64,000 bases of DNA from Candidatus Collierbacteria bacterium (GCA_016183365.1 JACPES010000003.1:13726-77725); one strand, 5' to 3'. Numbered from the stretch's first letter, positions 34,178 to 43,285 are shown. Program-made: numbers and translations. The notes: generated from the letters alone by a model not told the origin.

Positions 34178-34870
34178 TTGCCTATGCCTGTCCAACCTAT
34201 AATTTCTACCACCCAGGATCATTTACCCGTCCACGACATCCAGGAAAATCTGGTAGTTTTAAAAAACGGCTCGGCGGCCATGGTAATCGAAACCTCGGCG
34301 GTTAATTTCGGCTTGTTATCTCAAGGAGAACAAGACGCGATTATTTACGCTTACGCCGCTCTATTAAATTCTCTCAATTTCCCGATTCAAATTTTAATCC
34401 GCTCCGAAAGAAAAGATATCAGCGCCTATCTAGGATTATTGGCCGCGGCGGCAAAAAAACAAATGTCTCCCACTAAACGGGCTTGGATTGAATCTTACCG
34501 CCATTTTGTGGCCGAAACCGTCCAGCGCCGCAACGTCTTAGACAAAAAATTTTATATTATTTTACCCTTTTTGTCATTAGAACTGGGCTCTGCCAAATCT
34601 TTGGGGCTAGCCGTAACCAGCCAAAATCGGCTGCCGGCGCCGTTGACAGAAATTGTCAAAAAGGCTTTGGTGGCCCTGGGGCCGAAGCGCGACCACGTTA
34701 TCAGGCAATTGGAAAGAATCGGTTTAACCGCCAGGCAATTAATCAATAAAGAACTTTTGTCTCTTTTATACCGCACTTATAACCCCGGATACGCCGCCCC
34801 GGAAATCGATGCCGTCAACTTAACCGCTCCCCTGGTGGAGCCGATTATCAAAGATAACAAAATATTATGA
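34178..34870 (+). CDS. Hypothetical protein resembling a VirB4 N-terminal domain
   Basis: TTQDHLPVHDIQENLVVLKNGSAAMVIETSAVNFGLLSQGEQDAIIYAYAALLNSLNFPIQILI parallels the N-terminus of the adjacent VirB4 (TTIQDILAPDAIEVDFTHLKIGNRLVRTLFVAGYP). It overlaps the virB4 start by 4 nt. Confidence 0.35.
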   Translation: MPMPVQPIISTTQDHLPVHDIQENLVVLKNGSAAMVIETSAVNFGLLSQGEQDAIIYAYAALLNSLNFPIQILIRSERKDISAYLGLLAAAAKKQMSPTKRAWIESYRHFVAETVQRRNVLDKKFYIILPFLSLELGSAKSLGLAVTSQNRLPAPLTEIVKKALVALGPKRDHVIRQLERIGLTARQLINKELLSLLYRTYNPGYAAPEIDAVNLTAPLVEPIIKDNKIL

Positions 34871-37092
34871 AGATTCCTTTAATCACCAATATTTTTAAGA
34901 CTAAAAAACCGGAGAATCCAAAAAATCAAGATATTTCGCCGGCAATGCAGTTTGCCCAGGGAATTACCACTATTCAGGATATCTTGGCCCCGGATGCAAT
35001 TGAGGTTGACTTTACCCACCTTAAAATCGGCAACCGGCTGGTCCGAACCCTATTTGTGGCCGGTTATCCGCGTTTTGTGGCCGCCAACTGGCTGTCTCCT
35101 TTGATAAACTTTGACCACTCTTTGGACGTTTCCATGTTTGTTTATCCGGTTGAAGGCAAGGGCGTTTTGGAAAATCTGCGGCGGAAAATCACCGAAATGG
35201 AAGCCGAGATTAATTCCGACCTGCAGCGCGGCCGGCTGGCCAATATTGATACTCAAGTCAAGCTGGAAGACGCCAAAGGGCTGCAGGAACAGTTGGCCAA
35301 GGGGTCTGAACGTTTTTATCAATTTAGCCTGTACGTGACCATCGGATCAGACACCGAAGAAGAACTGAATCAGATCTCCAAACAAATTCAATCCACATTA
35401 GGGTCTCTTTTGATCATTGCCAAACCGGCGTCTTTCGTCATGGAACAAGCCTTTAAAACCACTCAACCGCTGGGTCAGGATTTTTTAAATATTACCCGGA
35501 ATATGGATACCACTTCTCTGGCAACCACTTTTCCGTTTACTTCCAGCGAACTCTCGGCCAATGAGGGAATTTTATACGGAATCAACGAGCATAATGATAG
35601 TTTGGTGGTATTTGACCGCTTTTCCAGAGAGAACGCGAATATGGTCGTATTTGCAAAATCGGGCGCGGGAAAGTCGTTTTTCGTCAAACTTGAAGCCCTG
35701 CGGTCGTTAATGTTTGACACCGAAGTTATCGTCATCGATCCGGAGGACGAATATCACCGGATGGCCGACGCCGTCAACGGCCAATATATTGATTTTAGTT
35801 TTTCATCCAAGGTTAAAATAAATCCTTTTGACCTTCCCTCTTACGCCCGCGGAGAATCCGGACAGGCAGGAGAAAACGAACTATCGCAAAAATTGCTTTC
35901 GCTTCACGCCCTAATGAAAATAATGCTTGGGAGCATGGACGCCACCCAAGAGGCCATCTTAGATCGAGCCTTAATCGCCGCCTATAAAGCCAAAGGCATC
36001 AGCCCCAATCCGGAATCGTTTAATAACGAACCCCCTCTTTTGGAGGATTTATATAAATCTTTGATTGGAATGGAGGCCCCGGGAGCCGAGAACTTGGCCG
36101 CCAGATTGGAAAAATTTGTCAAAGGCAGTTTCCGCGGACTGGTGGACCAAAAAACCAATGTCAACTTGACCAGCGACTTTATCGTCTTTGGAATCAAGAA
36201 TCTGGAAGACGCGCTCCGGCCGGTGGCCATGTTTATGATTCTGGATTTTATTTGGACCAAAGTAAAATCCCAACTTAAGCGCCGGCTATTAATAGTAGAC
36301 GAGGCTTGGTATTTGATGAAAAACCAGGATTCAGCCCTGTTTTTATACTCTATGGCCAAACGAGCCCGTAAATATTATTTGGGGTTGACTACCATTACTC
36401 AAGACGTCGAGGACTTCTTGCATTCTGACTACGGTAAGGCTATCGTCACCAATTCCAGCATTCAAGTCCTGATGAAGCAGTCGGCGGCGGCGGTTGACTC
36501 TCTCCAAGAAGCCTTTTATCTATCCGCCGGGGAGAAACAACTCTTAATGGCTTCAGAAATTGGCGAAGGGTTGTTTTTTGCCGGCCAAAACCATGTGGCC
36601 ATTAAGGTTGTCGCCAGCCCGGAAGAACACAAATTAATCACCAGCAAGCCGCAGGAAATATTAGAAATGGCAAAGCAACGGGGACAACCCGAGGAGAGCG
36701 CCAACCCCGTAATTGCGACACCACAACGTCCCGATTTGATCGGGGGGAGTGGCGAGCATACTACTGGGGTTCCGGAGAGCAATTACTGGAAACCTCCAAA
36801 ACCGGCCGGACAGGAGTCTTTGGCTCTAAATGAAATCGAAGTGGACGTAATTAAAGATCAGAATACTCTAAAAACTCAGATTGCCGGAGAATCGGAAAAT
36901 AAGAGAGTCGGGCTATCGGATAATCGAATTTCCAGGAAGCCGGCAACTCCCGAGCCTCCGAATCTCCGGCAATCTGGCCATCCGAGTGTTCCGAGTATTC
37001 AGAAAACTCCGCTAGCCCCAAATGCCGCCGTCCAACCATCCATCGAATTTACTTCGATATTTGAAACTCAGCCGAAAAAAACAACAGAATAG
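34867..37092 (+). CDS. virB4: VirB4/TrbE/PrgJ-family T4SS ATPase
   Basis: Walker A VFAKSGAGKSFFV, Walker B RRLLIVDEAWYLM, and the TTITQDVEDF motif. The N-terminal domain pattern is typical of Gram-positive VirB4. It has a C-terminal Pro-rich tail. Confidence 0.8.
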   Translation: MKIPLITNIFKTKKPENPKNQDISPAMQFAQGITTIQDILAPDAIEVDFTHLKIGNRLVRTLFVAGYPRFVAANWLSPLINFDHSLDVSMFVYPVEGKGVLENLRRKITEMEAEINSDLQRGRLANIDTQVKLEDAKGLQEQLAKGSERFYQFSLYVTIGSDTEEELNQISKQIQSTLGSLLIIAKPASFVMEQAFKTTQPLGQDFLNITRNMDTTSLATTFPFTSSELSANEGILYGINEHNDSLVVFDRFSRENANMVVFAKSGAGKSFFVKLEALRSLMFDTEVIVIDPEDEYHRMADAVNGQYIDFSFSSKVKINPFDLPSYARGESGQAGENELSQKLLSLHALMKIMLGSMDATQEAILDRALIAAYKAKGISPNPESFNNEPPLLEDLYKSLIGMEAPGAENLAARLEKFVKGSFRGLVDQKTNVNLTSDFIVFGIKNLEDALRPVAMFMILDFIWTKVKSQLKRRLLIVDEAWYLMKNQDSALFLYSMAKRARKYYLGLTTITQDVEDFLHSDYGKAIVTNSSIQVLMKQSAAAVDSLQEAFYLSAGEKQLLMASEIGEGLFFAGQNHVAIKVVASPEEHKLITSKPQEILEMAKQRGQPEESANPVIATPQRPDLIGGSGEHTTGVPESNYWKPPKPAGQESLALNEIEVDVIKDQNTLKTQIAGESENKRVGLSDNRISRKPATPEPPNLRQSGHPSVPSIQKTPLAPNAAVQPSIEFTSIFETQPKKTTE

Positions 37093-37188
37093 AAGGTTAA
37101 AAGGATTAAAAAGGTTGAAAGGTTACAAGGCTGGAAGGTGAGTTTTTTTCAACCTGCCAACTTTTAGCCTGCCGACCTGGATTTCTCG

Positions 37189-38271
37189 TTATTTCTGGAC
37201 GCGGACCGGCATAATCACATGAAGATAATTTTTCGACTTAAATACTCCCGGCTTTAGAGAATCCACCATACTAAAATTTATGGTTTCTTCATCCGTCGAC
37301 CCTAAATAATCTAATAAATAGCGGCCGTTAAAAGCCATTTCCCCCTCGCCCTTTCCTTCGACCTCCAAGATTGTCTCGTTCTCGCCTATTTGAGGAGAAT
37401 TGGCCGACACTTTTAATTTACCATTTTTAATCTTCCACTTAATTATATTGGCCGCGCTTCTGGCGAAAATAGCCGCCACTTTAACCGCCCGCTCCAATTC
37501 TGATCGATTAACGGAGATTGATAAATCAAATGTTTGGGGAACAATTTTTTCCGTCGGCGGAAAATCTCCAGCTATTGTCCGTCCGGACAGCCACCCTTTA
37601 TCTCCGATAATCCCGACTTCCCCGGATTGGCCAAGATTCAAACTAATCTTTTCGACATCCGAAAATTTATCGGCCTCTGACAAAAACCGGGCCGGGATAA
37701 TTATTGTTTTTTCTACCCGGCCGCGGGCCGGGACAGTGGCGAGGCTAAGCCTATAACCATCTGTAGCCATCATTTTCATTTCCTCGCTTTCCGCTGTCGT
37801 CAATTTTATTCCGGTCAAAACCGGCCGGGAATCGTCTTTGGCTGTGGCGAAAACCGTTCTTTTTAAAAGAAATGATAACTCTTCAGGCTTCATCTCCAGA
37901 TCTGATCCGACAGGCGGCTCGATTTTAGGAAATTCTTCTCCGGAAATCCCCACCAATCGGGCTTTAAATGAACCGGATTTGATTAATAACGAATCCTTTT
38001 CAGATGATAGATCGACTTTCCCGGCTATCAATTGGGAAATCAAAGCCGAGAACTCTTTAGCCGGAATTGAAATTTCTCCTTCTTCCTCAATTTTTCCTCC
38101 TACTGTTAATCCCATTGAAATTGACAGGTCTGTGGCTAAAAAAACTATTTTTCCTTTTTCTGCTTTTAATAAAATATTAGACAGAATCGGCAACTGCGGT
38201 TTTGACGACACAATTTTAGAGATAGTCAAGGCCGCTTTAGTTAAATTTTCCTGCAAAATTGATATTTTCAT
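37189..38271 (-). CDS. dnaN: DNA polymerase III beta sliding clamp
   Basis: MKISILQENLTKAALTISKIVSSKPQLPILSNILLKAEKGKIVFLATDLSIS is a typical DnaN N-terminus. It lies directly downstream of dnaA. Confidence 0.9.
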   Translation of the reverse strand: MKISILQENLTKAALTISKIVSSKPQLPILSNILLKAEKGKIVFLATDLSISMGLTVGGKIEEEGEISIPAKEFSALISQLIAGKVDLSSEKDSLLIKSGSFKARLVGISGEEFPKIEPPVGSDLEMKPEELSFLLKRTVFATAKDDSRPVLTGIKLTTAESEEMKMMATDGYRLSLATVPARGRVEKTIIIPARFLSEADKFSDVEKISLNLGQSGEVGIIGDKGWLSGRTIAGDFPPTEKIVPQTFDLSISVNRSELERAVKVAAIFARSAANIIKWKIKNGKLKVSANSPQIGENETILEVEGKGEGEMAFNGRYLLDYLGSTDEETINFSMVDSLKPGVFKSKNYLHVIMPVRVQK

Positions 38272-38503
38272 TGTTTCGTTTTGTCTCTATATTAATTAGT
38301 CCTAGTATATAGGAATGTGGATTTGTCGAGAACTATTAAAAAACCCCTTTTCTCTGGCATTTTTTCTTATAAACCTTTGTTTATAAGAAAAGTGGACAAA
38401 TTGTTAACTCTCCAATTGCCCTGGGAATTATCAACAACCCTAAAAAGTTTTTCGCGACTAATTCACCAGTTATCCACAGAGTTATCCACGGATTGTGGAC
38501 AAC
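38272..38503. promoter_or_regulatory. Candidate oriC: DnaA-box cluster and AT-rich region between dnaA and dnaN
   Basis: TTATCCACA (38471), TTATCCACG (38484), TTGTGGACA (38493), AGTGGACAA (38390), TGTGGATTT (38305). There is also the palindrome CTTATAAACCTTTGTTTATAAG and A/T tracts. Confidence 0.6.
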
Positions 38504-39931
38504 CTAGGCTATTCTCTTTCTGACTTCAGCTAAAGCCCCCCTCAAATGGGCGTTGGTGGCTAGCTCGGCTGTTATTTTATCCGTGGCGTGAATAACAGTG
38601 GAATGGTCTCTGCCTCCAAAAATCCGGCCAATGGAGACCAATGGTAACTGGGCTTCGGTTTTTAAAATATACATGGCTAAATGGCGCGGAATAACCAAAT
38701 CTTTTTGACGACGGCCCCCCTTTATCTCTGCGGACCTGATCCCGAAAACCTCGCAAACAGCGGAGATAACACTGTTGGGAGAAATTTTAGTCAACGGCTG
38801 ATTTTGATTACTGCTTTCAGATGTATTTGCCTTGAACGATTTAATTACTTTCTCGGCAACCTCAATTGTAATTTTATTCCCATGGATTTGGGTTTCCGCC
38901 AATAGTCGTTTTAAGACACCTTCCAAAAAGCGGGTGCTTTCGATATTTCCGGCGATTAATTGAGCCACGTCCATGGGGATGTCTATCCCCCAAGCTTTAG
39001 CCTTAATTAAGACGATGGCAGCGCGTAATTCAAAACTAGGCTGTTGGATATCAATGGTTAAGCCACCCTCAAAACGGCTTTTTAATCTGGCTTCCAACCC
39101 CAAGATTTCGCTGGGGAACTGGTCGCTGGTTAGGACAATTTGTCCGCCCTCCTGATGGATGGCGTTGAAAGTATGGAAAAATTCTTCCTGGACCTTGTCT
39201 TTGCCCCCGATAAATTGGATGTCATCAAGCATCAGGGCTTTGACGGATCGGTATCTTTTACGGAATTCGGCCGTGGTTTTATATTGAATGGCCTCGATAA
39301 TTTCATTGGTAAATTGTTCAGCGCTGCGGTAAATGACTTTGGTTTGAGGGTCGGCTTCCAAAATCCGATGGCCGATCCCCTGCATCAAATGGGTTTTGCC
39401 CACTCCCACTCCGCCAAACAAAAATAACAGGTGGTAGGCTTGACCCGGATTGCGGCTAACGGCTTGAGCGGCGGCATAGGCCATTTCGTTGGTGGAACTA
39501 ACGGCGAATTGTTCAAACGTAAAATCCGGCCTTAAATGGGCGGCTTGAGTACTGCGGTGATAGGCGGCCCGGGAATCATCGGCCGCCGAAAAAAGCGGCC
39601 CGTATGAAGATAACGGTAAAGTCTGTTTGGAGTCCGGGGCGGCCAAAGTAAACTGCAGCTCGCAGCTTTTATGAGTAACTCTTTCAAAAGCATCTTTAAT
39701 CTGTTGGCTGCAGTTGGTTTTAATCCATTGTTGGTGGAAAGATGACGAGGCTGCTAGCAGGGCGGAAATTTTTTCTTCGTCTTCTTCTACTTTTTCTAAT
39801 TTGGTCTGGGAAATAAAGGAGCTGAAGGTTCCGGCAGACAGCTCCACCCTTAAATCTTCCTGAACAGTTTTCCACAGCTCAATCGTATTCATATCTAGGG
39901 CAAATTTATAAAGTTTTCCACACTTAGTCAA
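38504..39931 (-). CDS. dnaA: Chromosomal replication initiator DnaA
   Basis: AAA+ Walker A LFLFGGVGVGKTHL, Walker B ALMLDDIQF, and a C-terminal DNA-binding domain (VIPRHLAMYIL). Confidence 0.92.
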   Translation of the reverse strand: MTKCGKLYKFALDMNTIELWKTVQEDLRVELSAGTFSSFISQTKLEKVEEDEEKISALLAASSSFHQQWIKTNCSQQIKDAFERVTHKSCELQFTLAAPDSKQTLPLSSYGPLFSAADDSRAAYHRSTQAAHLRPDFTFEQFAVSSTNEMAYAAAQAVSRNPGQAYHLLFLFGGVGVGKTHLMQGIGHRILEADPQTKVIYRSAEQFTNEIIEAIQYKTTAEFRKRYRSVKALMLDDIQFIGGKDKVQEEFFHTFNAIHQEGGQIVLTSDQFPSEILGLEARLKSRFEGGLTIDIQQPSFELRAAIVLIKAKAWGIDIPMDVAQLIAGNIESTRFLEGVLKRLLAETQIHGNKITIEVAEKVIKSFKANTSESSNQNQPLTKISPNSVISAVCEVFGIRSAEIKGGRRQKDLVIPRHLAMYILKTEAQLPLVSIGRIFGGRDHSTVIHATDKITAELATNAHLRGALAEVRKRIA

Positions 39932-39948
39932 GAAGAAAAAAAGACGAA

Positions 39949-39977
39949 GGGCTTGTTAAGTCAATAAAGACCAAGTA
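39949..39977 (+). promoter_or_regulatory. Sigma70-like promoter for rpmH (TTGTTA, 17-nt spacer, TAGAAT); mRNA probably leaderless
   Basis: The -10 element ends 4-10 nt before the rpmH ATGs at 39981 and 39987. Confidence 0.4.
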
Positions 39978-39980
39978 GAA

Positions 39981-40151
39981 TATGTTCATGGCGAAAACGA
40001 AAAGAACTTATCAGCCTTCCAAAGTCCACCGGGCCCGGACGCACGGATTCAGAAAAAGAAGCTCGACTAAAAGCGGAAAGAACATTTTACGCGACCGTCG
40101 CCGAAAAGGCCGGAAAAAAATGGCGGTAAAAGTGTGGAAAAAGGCTCATTG
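39981..40151 (+). CDS. rpmH: 50S ribosomal protein L34
   Basis: Hand translation: (MF)[54 protein letters not shown]. It is missing from the ORF track because it is under 60 aa. Confidence 0.85.
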
Positions 40152-40160
40152 AAAGAAGGA

Positions 40161-40240
40161 ATGGCTACAATGGCTACAATGACTACAATGGTTTGATACT
40201 TTTAACCATTTTAACCATTTAACCATTTTAACCATTTAGT
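40161..40240. repeat. Heptamer tandem-repeat arrays (GGCTACAAT x3, then TTTTAACCA x4)
   Basis: Direct tandem repeats seen in the sequence between rpmH and rnpA. The same TTAACCATT motif recurs at 1383-1425 and 48858-48900. Confidence 0.7.
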
Positions 40241-40243
40241 CGT

Positions 40244-40575
40244 TTGCTCCCTAAACGTTTCAGACTCTCCAAACAAGAATTTAAACAGGTAATGGACGAT
40301 GGCCAAATGGCGTCGGGAAGGCTGATGGGGATAATAATAGGGACAAGGGACAAGGGACAAGGGAATTGCCAAAAGCGGGAATTATTGTCAGCAAGAAATT
40401 GTCGAATAAAGCCGTGGTCAGAAATAAATTAAAACGGCGGTTGCGGGCGGCGCTGCAGGCTGTTTTGCCGGAAATTCATTCAGAACCGCACTTGGTAGTA
40501 CTGCCCAATCGTCGCGCCCTCAACACTTCTGTCGGGGAATTGGAATCCGAGCTTCGTTCTATCCTAACAATTTAA
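40244..40575 (+). pseudogene. rnpA: RNase P protein component, reading frame broken at a GGGACAA heptamer repeat
   Basis: Frame 0 reads MLPKRFRLSKQEFKQVM...IIIGTRDKGQGN and stops at 40432. The +2 frame from the TTG at 40366 reads LPKAGIIVSKKLSNKAVVRNKLKRRLRAALQ..., the RnpA core. The junction is the GGGACAA x3.6 repeat at 40340-40365, and removing two units restores one ORF. Confidence 0.6.
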
Positions 40576-40601
40576 CAATTCAGCAATGTACCAATGAAAT
40601 A

Positions 40602-40817
40602 ATGAAACGCTTATTTATTTTCGCCATTAACTTTTATCAACGCCTGAAGCGTTTTTTAGGCCTGTCTTCAGTTTGCCGTTTTACACCGTCTTGTTCCGAA
40701 TACGCTAAACAAGCCATAGACCGCCATGGTATCATCAGGGGATCGTCGCTGGGGTTTAAACGAATCTTTCGTTGTCATCCGTGGTCAAAAGGAGGATTAG
40801 ACTCAGTGCCGAAATAA
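40602..40817 (+). CDS. yidD: Membrane protein insertion efficiency factor YidD
   Basis: FYQRLKRFLGLSSVCRFTPSCSEYAKQAIDRHGIIRGSSLGFKRIFRCHPWSKGGLD. Confidence 0.85.
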   Translation: MKRLFIFAINFYQRLKRFLGLSSVCRFTPSCSEYAKQAIDRHGIIRGSSLGFKRIFRCHPWSKGGLDSVPK

Positions 40818-40819
40818 AA

Positions 40820-40955
40820 AAATTTCCAATTTACAATTTACAATTTTCAATCAAATCTCAATTAACCAATTTTCAATTTTTAATTAAATGCTTGTGTCAT
40901 TTAAAATTCATTCTTTGAAAATTCATTGTAAATTGAAAATTGAGAATTGAAAATT
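40820..40955. repeat. AT-rich tandem-repeat array (CAATTT/CAATTTA/GAAAATT units) upstream of yidC
   Basis: TCCAATTTACAATTTACAATTTTCAATC...AATTGAAAATTGAGAATTGAAAATTAG. The left and right halves are inverted copies. Confidence 0.6.
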
Positions 40956-41744
40956 AGTCAAGCCATGTTCAACACTTATCTCTATCAACCAATCTTGCAG
41001 TCTTTGATCTTTTTCTATCACCTGTTGGGAGATTCCTTCGGGTGGGCGATTATCGGAATGACTTTTGTGATCCGGTTGCTTTCGGCCCCATTAACAATTC
41101 CGGCCATGCGGGTCCAACAGAAACTGCAGAAACTCCACCCCGAATTGGAAAAACTTAAAAAGACACATACTGATAAGAAGGAACTGCAAAAAGCCCAACT
41201 GGAACTTTACCGCCAACATGGAGTTAATCCCGGCGCCGGGTGTCTGCCGCAAATCGTTCAGATAGTTATTTTGATCGCCCTTTATCAAGTATTTATGAAA
41301 TTTTTAAATGGCGGAATGGTTGATGGTCAGGCCGTAAATATGAACTTTTGGTGGCTAGATTTATCCAAACCGGATAAATATTATATTTTGCCCTTCTTGG
41401 CCGGAACCACCCAGCTGGTTTTTTCCATGATGCTAAAGCCGGGAACGGAACACCATGAAGAAAGCAGAAAGATTGTTGAAAGAAAAGAAGAGTCCCGCGG
41501 AACGGGATCCGGCTCCGCCGGAAAAACAGAAATGGATATGGCCACTGAAATCCAAAACCAAATGTTGTTTATGATGCCGCTGATGACAACCATAATCTCG
41601 TTAAAATTCCCCTCCGGCCTGGCCCTATATTGGGTAATGACCACTGTTTTTTCCATAATCCAGCAATGGATAATGACCGGTCCCGGAGGCTTAAGATATT
41701 TTTTCAAAAAAGCCCTTGATATAATTGGCATATGGAAGAAATAA
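40947..41744 (+). CDS. yidC: YidC/Oxa1-family membrane protein insertase
   Basis: Core segments IRLLSAPLTIPAMRVQQKLQKLHPELEKLKK and GCLPQIVQIVILIALYQVF, in the conserved rnpA-yidD-yidC-jag order. Confidence 0.85.
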   Translation: MKISQAMFNTYLYQPILQSLIFFYHLLGDSFGWAIIGMTFVIRLLSAPLTIPAMRVQQKLQKLHPELEKLKKTHTDKKELQKAQLELYRQHGVNPGAGCLPQIVQIVILIALYQVFMKFLNGGMVDGQAVNMNFWWLDLSKPDKYYILPFLAGTTQLVFSMMLKPGTEHHEESRKIVERKEESRGTGSGSAGKTEMDMATEIQNQMLFMMPLMTTIISLKFPSGLALYWVMTTVFSIIQQWIMTGPGGLRYFFKKALDIIGIWKK

Positions 41745-42211
41745 ATAAAAAAATAAAAAAAGTTTTGGAAGAATTGTTGAAACTGATGGGAATTGCAGAT
41801 TTTTCGGTGGAAGTCAGTCAACTAGATGAAAACGTAATGGCTGCGGTAACGGTTCCCCAGGAAGAATCCGGAATTCTAATCGGCTATCACGGCGAGACGC
41901 AAGCGGCCTTACAGTATTTAACCGGTCAAATTGTTAATAAGGGTCAGGAAAAATGGGATAGGATTATAGTTAATATAAACGGTTATCGCGATCAGCGCGA
42001 GGCCCAATTGAAACAAATGGCCAACAATGCGGCGGACAGGGCCCTATCTTCAGGCAATGAAATTGAGATGCCCTTTTTAACTCCGGCCGAGAGAAGAATT
42101 ATTCACCTGGAATTATCTACCCGCCCCGATATTTCTTCTTATTCCGAAGGCGAGGGCCGAGATAGAAGATTGGTTATCGCTCCTAAAACCGCCGATCAGG
42201 ACAAAGCCTAA
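41732..42211 (+). CDS. jag: Jag/KhpB-like RNA-binding protein (KH plus R3H)
   Basis: GYHGETQAALQYL and ERRIIHLELS (R3H) motifs. Located downstream of yidC. Confidence 0.7.
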   Translation: MEEINKKIKKVLEELLKLMGIADFSVEVSQLDENVMAAVTVPQEESGILIGYHGETQAALQYLTGQIVNKGQEKWDRIIVNINGYRDQREAQLKQMANNAADRALSSGNEIEMPFLTPAERRIIHLELSTRPDISSYSEGEGRDRRLVIAPKTADQDKA

Positions 42212-43285
42212 ATAAATTCCCAAGATTATTCTATTCTGTTGTGATGTTACCCAATAGTGGTCAAGAAGTGAGGTGGAGAAAACCGTTATTAGTCCGGGAA
42301 GAAGTGTCGGGGTTCTTTTCAAGACAGGATAAATTTTCAGCAATCCGATAAGTAAAATTGCGAATCCGAATATTCCGGTTTCGGCTAGAATAAGGAGAAA
42401 AACATTATGTGGAGGTTGGATGCTCCAAAAGCCCGGCGGAAAATAATTTGGAAGTTCTGTTAGTAATTTCCCCGGCCCGATTCCAAAAATCGGGAAATCG
42501 GAAAAAACCTTTAATGCGACCCGATTAAGAATGACGCGTCCGCTGGAACCCGATTCGGAAAAGGATATTATAGACTGGATGTAGGGTTTGTTAGCTAAAA
42601 CAAAATAAGACATAGACCCAATGAAAATTGCCAAAAGAGCGTTTCTGGAAAAGGTAAGCAAAATTCCTCCAATTGCCATCAGTCGCTGGGGCTTATTTTT
42701 CCATAGAATAAACGCCGCCAGTAACAGCCAGCCAGCCAAAGCATTTGGATGGGAAAAGGTTGCATAGGGTCGCAAAAATCTCTGACCAAAAAGATCAATC
42801 GTGGCGATATTAGGGGTAGCCAGAGAAAAAGTTCTTTCGCCGAATATCCACCACCAGCCGGTAGATTTTTTAATTGAGAATTGGACAACTTCTAATATCA
42901 GAGAAAATATCAAAGGGAAAAATAAACATTTTTTTATGCCTCGAATGATGCCAAAATTCCTGCCGTTGATATAAATAATCCAAGCCAGCGCCGGTATTTG
43001 AAGATATCTTAAAGACCAATAGACGGAGGGAATATTTCCTTTTCCTGAAAAAAGTGATAATCCCAAAAAAATCGTAATTAATATTTTTGGGAATAAAGCT
43101 TGACGGAATTTAATGAAAGAAATAATTAGTACCCCTATAAATATTAAGTCGGTTAAATAAATAGTAGGAGACAGATAGTCAACTTTTATTCCATTAACCA
43201 AACTCCACGCCGGCCAAAAATGAAATCCCAGCTGGGCGGGAGACAACAGTACCAAAAGTATTATCAGCCAGTAGTTGATTTTCAT
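42113..43285 (-). CDS. Polytopic membrane protein, O-antigen ligase (Wzy_C/WaaL)-like
   Basis: At least 10 TM helices and the motif QPPHNVFLLILAETGIFGF (H-N...E-G signature). Confidence 0.45.
   Translation of the reverse strand: MKINYWLIILLVLLSPAQLGFHFWPAWSLVNGIKVDYLSPTIYLTDLIFIGVLIISFIKFRQALFPKILITIFLGLSLFSGKGNIPSVYWSLRYLQIPALAWIIYINGRNFGIIRGIKKCLFFPLIFSLILEVVQFSIKKSTGWWWIFGERTFSLATPNIATIDLFGQRFLRPYATFSHPNALAGWLLLAAFILWKNKPQRLMAIGGILLTFSRNALLAIFIGSMSYFVLANKPYIQSIISFSESGSSGRVILNRVALKVFSDFPIFGIGPGKLLTELPNYFPPGFWSIQPPHNVFLLILAETGIFGFAILLIGLLKIYPVLKRTPTLLPGLITVFSTSLLDHYWVTSQQNRIILGIYLGFVLIGGFRSDNQSSISALAFGIRRNIGAGR

Noticed and set aside
40161-40245. Possible tRNA or ncRNA in the repeat-rich rpmH-rnpA spacer
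   Set aside because: It has no T-loop (GTTCGANTC) or cloverleaf features, and the segment is made entirely of perfect heptamer tandem repeats.
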